The notes under the pieces: model-generated
Told to the model about the DNA's origin: nothing
Database searches by the model: none
Seen by the model: only the letters and a program-made list of their open reading frames with translations
In this document: positions 1 through 9,329 of the stretch, piece after piece
Layout: every line of letters begins with the position of its first letter
Position numbering within the stretch: the first letter of the stretch is position 1
Position numbers and translations under genes: made by a program
NCBI GenBank assembly: GCA_963760615.1
Contig: CAVXDX010000004.1
Coordinates: 78,223 to 142,222 of the forward strand
DNA length: 64,000 nucleotides
Reading direction: 5' to 3'
Source of the DNA: an uncultured Candidatus Micrarchaeota archaeon
GTDB lineage: Archaea; Micrarchaeota; Micrarchaeia; Burarchaeales; Fermentimicrarchaeaceae

Positions 1-314
1 GAAGTTTTGTAGAGGGAAAACATACAGTCCTTGGAGGTTTCCCCTATCCTCACGCCTATCTCTTTCTCAAGGAACTTCTCGAGCTTCATTCCGTTATTCA
101 GAATGCAGGACGGCGAGCCGCAGATCTCAATAACATGCCTGCCCTGGGGCTCGGTGTGGAACATTGTGTAGAATTTGACCACTCCGAAAAGCCTGGAGAT
201 GGGTATATTCTGCTCTACAGAAATCTTCTTGAGCATCTGCTCAGAAATATAGCCGTGCTTGTCCTGCGCCTCGTGCAGGATGTTCATAAGCAAAGGAGCG
301 TTTTTACCTTTCAT
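1..314 (-). CDS. NuoE/HydC-like [2Fe-2S] thioredoxin-fold subunit (NADH dehydrogenase 24 kDa / bifurcating hydrogenase gamma subunit), truncated by the window edge
   Basis: Not in the ORF track. Manual translation from ATG at 314: MKGKNAPLLMNILHEAQDKHGYISEQMLKKISVEQNIPISRLFGVVKFYTMFHTEPQGRHVIEICGSPSCILNNG..., with the LHxxQxxxGY, FYTMF and CxxxxC hallmarks of NuoE. Confidence 0.85.
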   Translation of the reverse strand, partial: MKGKNAPLLMNILHEAQDKHGYISEQMLKKISVEQNIPISRLFGVVKFYTMFHTEPQGRHVIEICGSPSCILNNGMKLEKFLEKEIGVRIGETSKDCMFSLYKT

Positions 315-377
315 CAGTTCATAATTCTCTAAAAATCCTTATATATTTAACCTATCTATAATTAGTGAGGCGTTTAT

Positions 378-941
378 ATGGAGATGAAATACTTCTATAC
401 TTCGGGTTCATTTTTCAAGCAGGAGTACACACTTTCTCTGGCGCAGGAATATGCTGAGATGATTTTGTATGCGCTTGTGGCGTTCTCCCTTCCCTTCATT
501 CTGGGGCACGAGCAGCTTCTTGTGGGCTCAGTGGTGAACTGCGCCCTAGTGCTCGCCGCGCTTAACCTGCGTGGGGCTCGCCTCTTGCCAGTCATACTTC
601 TCCCCAGCATAGGTGCGCTGCTGGCCGGCATGATATTTGGCCCGCTGTCAGCATACCTTGTCTATATGCTGCCATTCATCTGGCTGGGCAACTCAATCCT
701 TATATTTGCAGTGAAGGAGCTGGTACTGTCTAGGGGAAAGAACCGCTTGGCAGCGCTTGTAGCAGGTGCATCTGCAAAGACTGCGCTTCTCTCTGCTTCA
801 GCGTTCGCGCTCTTCTTGTTTGGGTTGGTACCTGTGCAGTTCATAGCAGCATTCGGCATACTGCAGCTTGCAACTGCCCTCTGCGGAGGAACTGCAGCTA
901 TTGGTGTGCAGGAAGCAAAGAGACGGCTTGTAGTGGTTTGA
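378..941 (+). CDS. Small multi-pass membrane protein, ECF S-component-like
   Basis: 187 aa, about 6 hydrophobic helices, QLLVGSVVNxxL and LPFIWLGN motifs; divergent from the NuoE-like gene. The start could be the downstream ATG. Confidence 0.55.
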   Translation: MEMKYFYTSGSFFKQEYTLSLAQEYAEMILYALVAFSLPFILGHEQLLVGSVVNCALVLAALNLRGARLLPVILLPSIGALLAGMIFGPLSAYLVYMLPFIWLGNSILIFAVKELVLSRGKNRLAALVAGASAKTALLSASAFALFLFGLVPVQFIAAFGILQLATALCGGTAAIGVQEAKRRLVVV

Positions 942-1073
942 AATTAAATGTGAATGTACTACTGAGTTGCTGCAACATGACGCTTGGGACTACCAGAAGC
1001 TTAGTTCGGTACCAACCTAACAAAAACTTAACAATTTTAAATGCATGAATTCTAAGTAATTCAAGGTGATCAA

Positions 1074-1955
1074 ATGGCTGAAAAAACTGAAAACTCAATA
1101 CTTATTGTAGGGATAATGATACTGGTGCTTATCACTGCGGGTCTAACCTACTATATAACAAAGACCAGCACTTCTGGCATCTCCGTATCCAACCAGACAA
1201 ACCTGACCGGGCAAACGCCCACAATCACAGTAAGCGGTGAGGCCATGAGAACAGTAACCCCGGATGTGCTTTCAATCGGGCTTACCATACAAACTTCTGG
1301 CTCAACCGCATCTGATTCGGAGACATTGAATGCCGCAGAAACTGCAAAAGTCAAAGCAGCGCTGGTGGCAGCCGGCTTGAACGAATCTGAAATTCAGACT
1401 GAGTCATACTCCACATATCCTACTTATAACCAGTCATGCTATGACTGCTACGGTTATTCAGGTGTAGTTGTCCCCCAAGTTGCGGATGGAGCTGCTCAAG
1501 GCTCTGCTTCCGCACCTGCCATGCCTCCATATCCTTGTAGTTATAGCAAAAACTGCACAATAGTAGGTTACCAGACGACACACTCCATACTGATAAAGAG
1601 TGGCAACACCGCTGGAGGAGGGAAATACATAGATGCTGCTCTCAATTCTTCCAACCTCACAACTGTAGGCTATGTCTACTTCTCGCTGAAAGACCAGACA
1701 AGAATTAACATCGAGTCTGAGCTGCAGGTCGAAGCCGCAGCAAGCGCCAAAAGCAAGGCAGGCGACATAGCAAGAGGGCTCGGGCTGACGCTTGGGAAGG
1801 TTGTTTCAGTGAATCCAAACTATTACCCAGTCTATCCTGTCTACGCTTACCAAAACAGCGGAATCGGAACGAAAACAGCCCCGCCTACAGAAATCTTCCC
1901 GACAACCACGACAATGAGCAACTCCGTTACCGTAGTTTATGAGCTTGTGCAGTAA
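1074..1955 (+). CDS. SIMPL (DUF541) domain membrane-anchored protein
   Basis: N-terminal TM helix; TITVSGEAMRTVTPD, LVAAGLNESEIQT and AKSKAxxIARGLGLTLGKVVSV motifs typical of SIMPL. Confidence 0.85.
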   Translation: MAEKTENSILIVGIMILVLITAGLTYYITKTSTSGISVSNQTNLTGQTPTITVSGEAMRTVTPDVLSIGLTIQTSGSTASDSETLNAAETAKVKAALVAAGLNESEIQTESYSTYPTYNQSCYDCYGYSGVVVPQVADGAAQGSASAPAMPPYPCSYSKNCTIVGYQTTHSILIKSGNTAGGGKYIDAALNSSNLTTVGYVYFSLKDQTRINIESELQVEAAASAKSKAGDIARGLGLTLGKVVSVNPNYYPVYPVYAYQNSGIGTKTAPPTEIFPTTTTMSNSVTVVYELVQ

Positions 1956-2119
1956 ATTGCATATAGCGATGCGCTCAGGATAAAGTTGGTGCAGGGGATC
2001 TTGCCAGAATATGGGAGTATCTGGCATTGGACACGCATGTGAACAGGCAACGACTAAAGGACGGGTGGTGTGCTTAACCGAGGACTAATGTTTTATATCG
2101 AACCCACGTTATAATAGGT

Positions 2120-3091
2120 ATGTCAAAACAATCTATAGACGCATCAGCGCACATGGAAGGAGCTCCTCAATCAGAACGGTTATTTCCTGTTGAAAGGGAA
2201 TACGCCCGTTGCGTTACCGCTTTAAACCACACTGGCATTCTCACACTTCTTCCGAAATCAGAAAGCATTGGAGTGATTGGAATAGATGGAAAAGAGTATC
2301 CAATACCAACCCAAGAACAGGTTGTAGAACTATTTGATCATAATAGAGAGCTTGTAGGTAGAAAAGTTCCACAAGGGTTTGATCGTTTAGAGCTAACACC
2401 TATGGCAATGCCAACACCCCTTCTTATTGACCGAATGAAAGCAGCTATTCTTAAACACGCAGCAGAAGGAAAAATTTATCAAACCAGACGTTCTCCTTCT
2501 GATTCTTTAATACCTGTTCGTGTCAATACCGAAAAACATGTCTGGATATGGGATACCTTAAGACAGGCACTAGATACAGACGAGCTTGTATATTTTCCTC
2601 AAGAATATTCAAGCAACCATCGGGGACAGACCAAATTAGAAGTAGTCAATAATGGACGTATTTGTGCCGTTCCAGGCTGGTCTCTGGGATTAGTTGAAAG
2701 TTTACCCATTATGCCTCAACAAGGCCGAGGAAAGACATTAGGAGGCAGAAGACAATTAGAAACAGGCTCTTCTCCTCGTGATTACTTACGAACATTACAG
2801 ACGCAAGCTTATCAAGGAGAAACAGGAAAAACACTTGAAGATTTTATTACAAAATTTCTTACCCACCTCGAAACAACCAATGAAGTAAGTAACGACAGGT
2901 ATGATAACAATGCCTTATGGTTTCTTGGTCAATATGTAAAATATGTAAAACATGTAAAAAGTGACCTTGTGCCGACTGGGTGGTGGCATCGAGACTTTGG
3001 GCGGGCTCGCTTGGATGCGCACCGTCCAGGCAATAGGCTTTGCACTAAGAGTTGGGGTGGGTCCTCCACGGTGAGACTGCTTAGGCCTTAA
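2120..3091 (+). CDS. Hypothetical protein, visibly AT-richer than its flanks
   Basis: 323 aa ORF; the GIDGKEYPIPT...QGFxxLxLxP segment resembles conserved hypotheticals I recall from CPR bacteria (not verified). Confidence 0.6.
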   Translation: MSKQSIDASAHMEGAPQSERLFPVEREYARCVTALNHTGILTLLPKSESIGVIGIDGKEYPIPTQEQVVELFDHNRELVGRKVPQGFDRLELTPMAMPTPLLIDRMKAAILKHAAEGKIYQTRRSPSDSLIPVRVNTEKHVWIWDTLRQALDTDELVYFPQEYSSNHRGQTKLEVVNNGRICAVPGWSLGLVESLPIMPQQGRGKTLGGRRQLETGSSPRDYLRTLQTQAYQGETGKTLEDFITKFLTHLETTNEVSNDRYDNNALWFLGQYVKYVKHVKSDLVPTGWWHRDFGRARLDAHRPGNRLCTKSWGGSSTVRLLRP

Positions 3092-3182
3092 CCTTTATCT
3101 TTCTTTATGGCGAGGCCGGTGGATGCAATGATGTCAGGTTTGAGTTCAAACGGGCAGGGAGTGCACTGAGTCCTGAACTGAG

Positions 3183-3267
3183 TGCAGGGGGAGAGATTTG
3201 AACTCTCGCAGGCCTAAGCCAACAGATCTTGAGTCTGTCGCGTTTGACCAGGCTCCGCCACCCCTGC
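3183..3267 (-). tRNA. tRNA-Leu(CAA), long variable arm, no encoded CCA, no intron
   Basis: Reverse complement GCAGGGG-TGGCGGAGCCTGGTCAAACGC-G-ACAGA-CTCAAGA-TCTGT-TGGCTTAGGCCTG-CGAGA-GTTCAAAT-CTCTC-CCCCTGC-A folds as a cloverleaf with anticodon CAA; TTTATA box upstream. Confidence 0.95.
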
Positions 3268-3308
3268 GCGGGTATAAATTACACAACAACTGCTTATAAG
3301 TTTTCCAC

Positions 3309-3881
3309 TCAGCGCTTGCACATCTTCACAAAATTCGCGTATATCTCTTCCCCGTGTTCCGTGTGCTCAACTTCGGGGTGGAATATGCAGCCATATATGG
3401 GTCTTTTCTCATGCTTCATTGCCTCATTGGAGCAGTCCTTTGAATGGGCGAGAATCTTGAAGTGTGGGACACCAATAACCTCGTCATTGTGGGAAGCCCA
3501 CACATTGAATTTTCTGGGAAGCCCCTTGAATAAATCATCCTCCTCGTCAACAAGCAGTTCAACCCTTCCATACTCCGGCTTTTTTGCAGGCTGTACCTTC
3601 CCCCCGAAATGCATCCCTATGAACTGGTGCCCGGCGCATATCCCAATTATCGGCTTGCCAAACTTTTCAATATAACGGGAAAGTTCCTTCAGCTCTTTCA
3701 CTTCACCCAAGCCAAGCCGTATGGCGCCTCCAGAAAGGACAAGCCCATCGGCGTCTATTTTGCTCAAAGGAGTCTTGCAGGAAATTATCTCAGTATCCAC
3801 CTTAAGATAACTCAGAGTCCTCCAGATTCTGTGAGTCCACTGTGAGCCCAAATCTACAACAAGTATTCTCATCATTCCCAC
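3309..3881 (-). CDS. guaAA: GMP synthase glutamine amidotransferase subunit A
   Basis: VVDLGSQWTHRI, GICAGHQ (catalytic Cys) and FHPEV (His-x-Glu) motifs. Confidence 0.95.
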   Translation of the reverse strand: MGMMRILVVDLGSQWTHRIWRTLSYLKVDTEIISCKTPLSKIDADGLVLSGGAIRLGLGEVKELKELSRYIEKFGKPIIGICAGHQFIGMHFGGKVQPAKKPEYGRVELLVDEEDDLFKGLPRKFNVWASHNDEVIGVPHFKILAHSKDCSNEAMKHEKRPIYGCIFHPEVEHTEHGEEIYANFVKMCKR

Positions 3882-4831
3882 TCTATGCAGGCAGGCGGCT
3901 TGCTGGTTATGTCATAAACAACCCTGTTGACGTGCTCCTTCAGCTCCCTCGTAATCCTGTTGGAGATGCTCTCAAGTATACTGTCAGGAATTCTTGCATA
4001 CTGTGCAGTCATTCCATCCACACTGTAAACAGCCCTCACTGCCATAGTGTAACCATAGGCTCTCTCATCCCCAAGCACTCCCACGCTTCTTGAGGGAAGC
4101 AGCACTGCAAAGTACTGCCAGGGAAGCTCCATCTCCCCTCTTGCAGCTGCCTGCTCCAGCTCCTCTTCTACAATGGCGCAGGCCTCCCTCACCACTTCAA
4201 CCTTCTCAGGAGTTGCCTCACCAACAATCCTTATGGCAAGCCCAGGTCCTGGGAAAGGCTGCCTGTTGCATATTTTCTCAGGCAGACCAAGCTCCCTCCC
4301 AACCTTCCTCACCTCATCCTTATACAATTCCCTCACAGGCTCAACAAGCTTCAGTTTCATGCCGCTTGGAAGCCCCCCTACATTGTGGTGGGATTTGATG
4401 GTGGCCCTCATGCCAGTTCCAGACTCAATCCAGTCAGGTGCAAGCGTGCCCTGCCCTAGGAATTTTGCCTTCTCCTCCTTCGCTACTTTCTCAAAAATCT
4501 TTATGAAAAGCTCTCCTATGATCTTCCTCTTCCTCTCGGGCTCCTTCACCCCTTTCAGGGCAGAGTAGAATTTTTTCTTAGCATCAACGAAGCGCAGGTT
4601 CATGTTTATCCTTCCTGCCAGCTCCCTTATGCTTTCGGGCTCCCCTTTCCTCATGAAGCCAGTGTCAACAAAAACGGCAACGCACCTCTTCCCGAGAGCC
4701 TCATTCACCAGTACTGCAGTAACTGTGCTGTCAACCCCCCCGGAGACGGCTATGATGGCTTTGCCGTTTACAACAGTCCTCTTTATCTGTGCAACTGCAT
4801 CCTCTATGAATTGTTTTGGTTCGAATGGCAT
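3872..4831 (-). CDS. guaAB: GMP synthase ATP pyrophosphatase subunit B
   Basis: SGGVDS PP-loop, IKSHHNVGGLP, PFPGPGLAIR, VVYDITSKPPACIEWE. Confidence 0.97.
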   Translation of the reverse strand: MPFEPKQFIEDAVAQIKRTVVNGKAIIAVSGGVDSTVTAVLVNEALGKRCVAVFVDTGFMRKGEPESIRELAGRINMNLRFVDAKKKFYSALKGVKEPERKRKIIGELFIKIFEKVAKEEKAKFLGQGTLAPDWIESGTGMRATIKSHHNVGGLPSGMKLKLVEPVRELYKDEVRKVGRELGLPEKICNRQPFPGPGLAIRIVGEATPEKVEVVREACAIVEEELEQAAARGEMELPWQYFAVLLPSRSVGVLGDERAYGYTMAVRAVYSVDGMTAQYARIPDSILESISNRITRELKEHVNRVVYDITSKPPACIEWE

Positions 4832-4909
4832 GATGATTATACGAAAGGGAGATTAAAAAACTAACCTACTGCCAGCTGGTTTAAATAAAGCAAAAGGCAT
4901 AATTTAACC

Positions 4910-5389
4910 ATGGCTTACAAGACAATTGAGGGAAAGATATTCTACAATTCCGAGAAGTATTATATAACGGAAGCCAACGCTAGCGAGATAGCCGAATTGC
5001 ACGAAATGTTCAATAAATTCGTAGCCAAGGGATGGAGTCCCTCCCCAGGTGAGAACCTGACCATGGTGGTGATTAACAAGGAAACGAACAAAATTATTGG
5101 CGGGATGGAGAGGAACATTGACGCTGAAAACAGAAAGGCAAGAGGAAGGGGCTTAGTTATTCTGCCGGAGTTTCAATGGAAAGGAATTGGTACAATCCTT
5201 ATCAAAACAATGGACAATAAGCTTAAAGAGGATGGAATATTATACGTTGAAACTTTGCCAACCAAAGATTCATACAAGCTTTTTATGGAGAATGGGTATG
5301 ATTGGAGCCCAGCTGTGAGAGAGTGGATTAAGGAAGTCGGCTTTAGTAAAGATAAATTCCTTAAGAATATAATGGAGAAATACCTTTAA
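4910..5389 (+). CDS. GNAT-family N-acetyltransferase
   Basis: Acetyl-CoA motif A VILPEFQWKGIGT; AT-rich relative to neighbours. Confidence 0.75.
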   Translation: MAYKTIEGKIFYNSEKYYITEANASEIAELHEMFNKFVAKGWSPSPGENLTMVVINKETNKIIGGMERNIDAENRKARGRGLVILPEFQWKGIGTILIKTMDNKLKEDGILYVETLPTKDSYKLFMENGYDWSPAVREWIKEVGFSKDKFLKNIMEKYL

Positions 5390-5630
5390 CCTGGAAATTG
5401 AGTTCCCAAGGTGAAACCGCATGTTCATACCGCACCAAACGTTTTTACATTTTTCACCCGATGCGTGACCTCCCCTCTCATCGTATCACCATCTAATTAT
5501 TCAATAAAAACATTTTGATATATCTTCACATAACAGCACTGGCGAAGTTGTCATCTACTTGACAACAACCTTTATGTGCAAAGCCATTGACAAGCAAAAC
5601 ATTAAAAATCTCACCTCGTAAATACTATTA

Positions 5631-6761
5631 ATGGAGACGTCGGATATAAAGAAACTGGCTAATTCTTACAGAAATTTCAGCATTGCTACCCTTGGCTCCC
5701 ACTCTGCCTTGGATATATGCGAAGGTGCCAAGAGGGAAGGAGTGAAAACTCTCGTGGTATGCCAAAGAGGAAGGGAGAAGACATACGAGAAATACTACTC
5801 CGTGAGAAAGAGGTTTGGCAAGAAGATAGGGTGCATTGATGAGATAATGCTGCTCAACAAGTTCTCGGAAGTGGCAACTCCCAATATTGTGAGGCAGCTT
5901 CAGAAGAGAAATGTTATCTTCGTGCCCCACAGGTCATTCTCTGTTTATGTTGGCTATGATGCAATTGAAAAGCATTTCGAAGTTCCGATTTTCGGCAACA
6001 GATTCCTGCTTCGGGCGGAAGAAAGGACTGCTGAAAGAAACCAGCTATACCTGCTCAGGAAGGCAGGCATACGGGTGCCGAAGAGCTTCAGCAAGCCTTC
6101 CAGTATAGACAGGCTCGTTCTGGTGAAAGCGAGCGAGGCAAAGAGGAGTTATGAGAGGGCATTCTTCTTCGCCAGCTCAGAGGAAGAATACAAGCAGAGG
6201 AGCAGCGAGATGCTGAGGAAAGGAGTAATCACAGAACGGGGGTTGAAATCCGCTCCAATTGAGGAATTTGTTTTGGGGGCTCAGTACAACTTCAACTTCT
6301 TCTACTCTCCCTTGAATGAGGAGCTGGAACTCATAGGGACAGATACCCGAAGGCAGACCAACCTTGATGGGCTGCTGAAGCTGCCTGCTGCAGAGCAGCT
6401 TGAAGTCCTGAAGCATGTCAGGATGAGCAATATAGAAATAGGGCATGTGGCATGCACACTCCGCGAAAGCATGCTCGAGAAAGTGTTTGAAATCGGGGAG
6501 AGGTTTGTTGAGACATGCAGGAAGGAATACCCGCCGGGTTTGATAGGGCCGTTCGCGCTGCAGGGTGCAATCATTCCGGAGGAGAAAGGCGAGGAGATAG
6601 TCATATTTGATGTGAGCTTCAGGCTGCCAGGCTCGCCAGGAGTGAGGTTCACCCCATACACCGAATATTTATACGGAGAGAGCCTCAGCATGGGGAGAAG
6701 AACTGCCATTGAGCTGAAGAATGCTTTCAGGAGCAAGAAACTTTCAGAGGTAGTAACATGA
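5631..6761 (+). CDS. PurP-like ATP-grasp protein (DUF1246/DUF1297), divergent paralog
   Basis: IATLGSHSALDICEGAKREG, VFVPHRSF, FGNRFLLRAEER, IGPFALQ, MGRRTAIE. Confidence 0.9.
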   Translation: METSDIKKLANSYRNFSIATLGSHSALDICEGAKREGVKTLVVCQRGREKTYEKYYSVRKRFGKKIGCIDEIMLLNKFSEVATPNIVRQLQKRNVIFVPHRSFSVYVGYDAIEKHFEVPIFGNRFLLRAEERTAERNQLYLLRKAGIRVPKSFSKPSSIDRLVLVKASEAKRSYERAFFFASSEEEYKQRSSEMLRKGVITERGLKSAPIEEFVLGAQYNFNFFYSPLNEELELIGTDTRRQTNLDGLLKLPAAEQLEVLKHVRMSNIEIGHVACTLRESMLEKVFEIGERFVETCRKEYPPGLIGPFALQGAIIPEEKGEEIVIFDVSFRLPGSPGVRFTPYTEYLYGESLSMGRRTAIELKNAFRSKKLSEVVT

Positions 6762-7804
6762 TTTCCAAGGAGAAAATCCACTCAATACTCAAAGGCTATG
6801 ACAAGAGGAAGATACGGATAGCAACAATATGCTCTCACACTTCGCTGCAGCTCTTCCACGGAGCAAGGCAGGAGGGCATGAAGACGATTGGCATATGCCT
6901 GGAGAAGTACAAGAAAACCTATGATTCATTCCCTTATGGCAAGCCGGATGAGTACATCATTGTGGACAACTACAGGGATATACCTGCTAGGGAGCTTGTT
7001 GAGAAGAATGCAATAGTGGTGCCCCACGGCTCCTTCGTTGAATACACTGGGGAGAACCTTAAGGAGCTCTCAGTTCCAATGTTCGGGAACAGACTGAGTC
7101 TCATGTGGGAGGGTGACAGGGACAGACTCTTTAAGTGGATGAGAGACTCAGGCCTGCAGATACCGCGGCTTTTCACACCAGAGACAATTGACAGGCCATG
7201 CATAGTGAAGCTGCCCGGTGCGAAGGGAGGCAAAGGATATACAATTGTCAGTTCACCGTCAGAGTTCAAAAGAAAGGTGAGGGATGAGAAGTTTATCATC
7301 CAGGAATACATATCTGGTGTGAGGGTATACCCGCATTACTTCTACTCGCCGATTTCAAAAGGAGGCTATGGGGTCAGGGGAGGCTCGCTTGAGCTGATGA
7401 GCATAGACAGAAGGCTGGAGAGCAACATTGATGAGAGCTACAGAGCGAACCTGGCCGGGGTGAAGGTGGAGCCCAGCTTCACAGTCATAGGCAATGAGCC
7501 AGTTATACTGAGGGAGTCTCTCGTCAGGGAGATTATGGAGATGGGCGCGAATGTTGTGGAGTCATCCTACAGGCTTTTCAATGGCCTCCCAGGCCCTTTC
7601 TGCATTGAGATGATATGCACCGAGAATATGAAGTTCTATTCGTTTGAGATTTCTGCAAGAATAGTTGCTGGGACGAACCTATACCCCCTTGGTTCGCCTT
7701 ACACCTGCTATTCTTACAAGGAGCCCATGAGCACGGGCAGAAGAATAGCACGCGAGATAAAGAGGGCCGCCAAGTTGAACAGGCTGGATAAGGTAATATA
7801 CTAG
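6758..7804 (+). CDS. purP: FAICAR synthetase PurP (formate-dependent)
   Basis: IATICSHTSLQ, VPHGSF, VKLPGAKGGKGY, FEISARIVAGTN, MSTGRRIAREIK. Confidence 0.9.
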   Translation: MISKEKIHSILKGYDKRKIRIATICSHTSLQLFHGARQEGMKTIGICLEKYKKTYDSFPYGKPDEYIIVDNYRDIPARELVEKNAIVVPHGSFVEYTGENLKELSVPMFGNRLSLMWEGDRDRLFKWMRDSGLQIPRLFTPETIDRPCIVKLPGAKGGKGYTIVSSPSEFKRKVRDEKFIIQEYISGVRVYPHYFYSPISKGGYGVRGGSLELMSIDRRLESNIDESYRANLAGVKVEPSFTVIGNEPVILRESLVREIMEMGANVVESSYRLFNGLPGPFCIEMICTENMKFYSFEISARIVAGTNLYPLGSPYTCYSYKEPMSTGRRIAREIKRAAKLNRLDKVIY

Positions 7805-7817
7805 CACCCGGGGGTGG

Positions 7818-9329
7818 GTGGTGTTGAGAAATACCAGCTTGAACTTTCTCCTTGTCCTATTCCTGATACTCTCGCGTCAAGCTTGCGCATGCTTGGAAAA
7901 CATAAACCCTGCACTTGGGGCAAACCCTTCTTTCTTCAACATGAGCGACCCAGTCAACCAGGAAATATACAACATGAATGTTTCTGCGGATGAAAAGTTC
8001 TACCTGTTTGCTTACAACACGTTTCCTGAAATACCTCTTCTCTCAAACATAAGAAATTACAACCTCCTTCTGTCATTCTCGTGTCCCCCGAATGGGACGC
8101 AAGTCATGGAAGGAAGATACATACATAACATCTGGGTGCGTGCCATAACAGTGATGCCTTCAGTGATGGATGAGGAGGGCAACTACTGGGCGCTCCCAAG
8201 AGGCGAGTTGCTTGTGGCGCACAACTACTCCATACGGCTGCCGAGAAGCGCAACGAACCTCTACCCAGACTGCGGCATAACTTACACTCTTCTCAACTCA
8301 AGCGCGCAGCTTTCTGTATACGCAGATGGCAGTTACACTGGAGACTCCGACCTCACCAGCTACATGGTAAACTCCACGAACCTTGAGGTTAGTGCAAAAC
8401 TGTCTGTTTCGGCAAGCGTGAGAAGAGATTACTACGAGCCATACTGCTACTGTTGCAAGTCAGGCAAGGAAGGGTGTGAGGAAACATGCTGCTACTGCAA
8501 GTTCTCCCATAGCGATGTGGATGGTGAGAAGGCAAACCCCAGCAGCTCCCTTGAGAGGAGAGTATACCACCTTGAGGTGCTGCCCAACCTGACAATGCTA
8601 CAGTGCCCGGCTGGAGGTTTTGGGGCGGCGGAAGGCAACTTCTCACTCAACACAAGCGTTCCCATTCAATCCTTCCTCCTTTCATTTGGCAGCTCAAATG
8701 TCTCAGTGCAGATGAATAAGCTTGATATAATGCCCATCCTAAAGCCACATAATGTGCTCGAAGCGCGTTCGGCAGAATATGGCTATCAATTCTCCTATGG
8801 GATGTTCGTGAGCGGATTTAGCATATCAAAGAGTTTCGTGCAGCTTAATTTCACTGGTGTTCCCCAACAAGAGGCGAGAGCCAAGTCTGCCAACCTTGTG
8901 CTGACAGACCTGTTTGGGATAACTCACAATCTCAGCAATTATACACCAATTGTCTGCCCTCTGAATCCACAGATGGAGCTCGCCATGCCTCACTGGGCTG
9001 AGAAAGGGTCCGATTTTCAGGTTGTTGTAAAGCTCTACGAAAGCGAACATGGCATTGCAGGCAAGAATGTCGTACTGCATTACTCCGGAAGAGAATATGC
9101 TGGCACTACGGACTCTGAGGGAAAGGCACTGTTCTCTCTAAAAGCCAATGAAAGCCTTGTTATTGCAAAATCTCCCTATGACGGCAAATATGCGGAGGTA
9201 GACTCCATGAGGAATCTCATGGTTTACGAACCCTCCACACTCTCTTTCTTAATATCCTTTTCGGCATTGTTTTTTATTCTGGTTTTGAGTTATACTGCTC
9301 TGAAGTTTATAGGGGGGTGGAATCTATGA
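7818..9329 (+). CDS. Secreted protein with C-terminal TM anchor and an internal Cys cluster
   Basis: GTG start, N-terminal signal peptide, YCYCCKSGKEGCEETCCYCK loop, many N-x-S/T sequons, C-terminal Ig-like region and hydrophobic helix. Confidence 0.7.
   Translation: MVLRNTSLNFLLVLFLILSRQACACLENINPALGANPSFFNMSDPVNQEIYNMNVSADEKFYLFAYNTFPEIPLLSNIRNYNLLLSFSCPPNGTQVMEGRYIHNIWVRAITVMPSVMDEEGNYWALPRGELLVAHNYSIRLPRSATNLYPDCGITYTLLNSSAQLSVYADGSYTGDSDLTSYMVNSTNLEVSAKLSVSASVRRDYYEPYCYCCKSGKEGCEETCCYCKFSHSDVDGEKANPSSSLERRVYHLEVLPNLTMLQCPAGGFGAAEGNFSLNTSVPIQSFLLSFGSSNVSVQMNKLDIMPILKPHNVLEARSAEYGYQFSYGMFVSGFSISKSFVQLNFTGVPQQEARAKSANLVLTDLFGITHNLSNYTPIVCPLNPQMELAMPHWAEKGSDFQVVVKLYESEHGIAGKNVVLHYSGREYAGTTDSEGKALFSLKANESLVIAKSPYDGKYAEVDSMRNLMVYEPSTLSFLISFSALFFILVLSYTALKFIGGWNL

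Noticed and set aside
5400-5490. Short minus-strand ORF fragments with a CxxxxC, preceded by GGTGA
   Set aside because: The longest clean ORF is 18 codons and the Cys motif is in a different frame.
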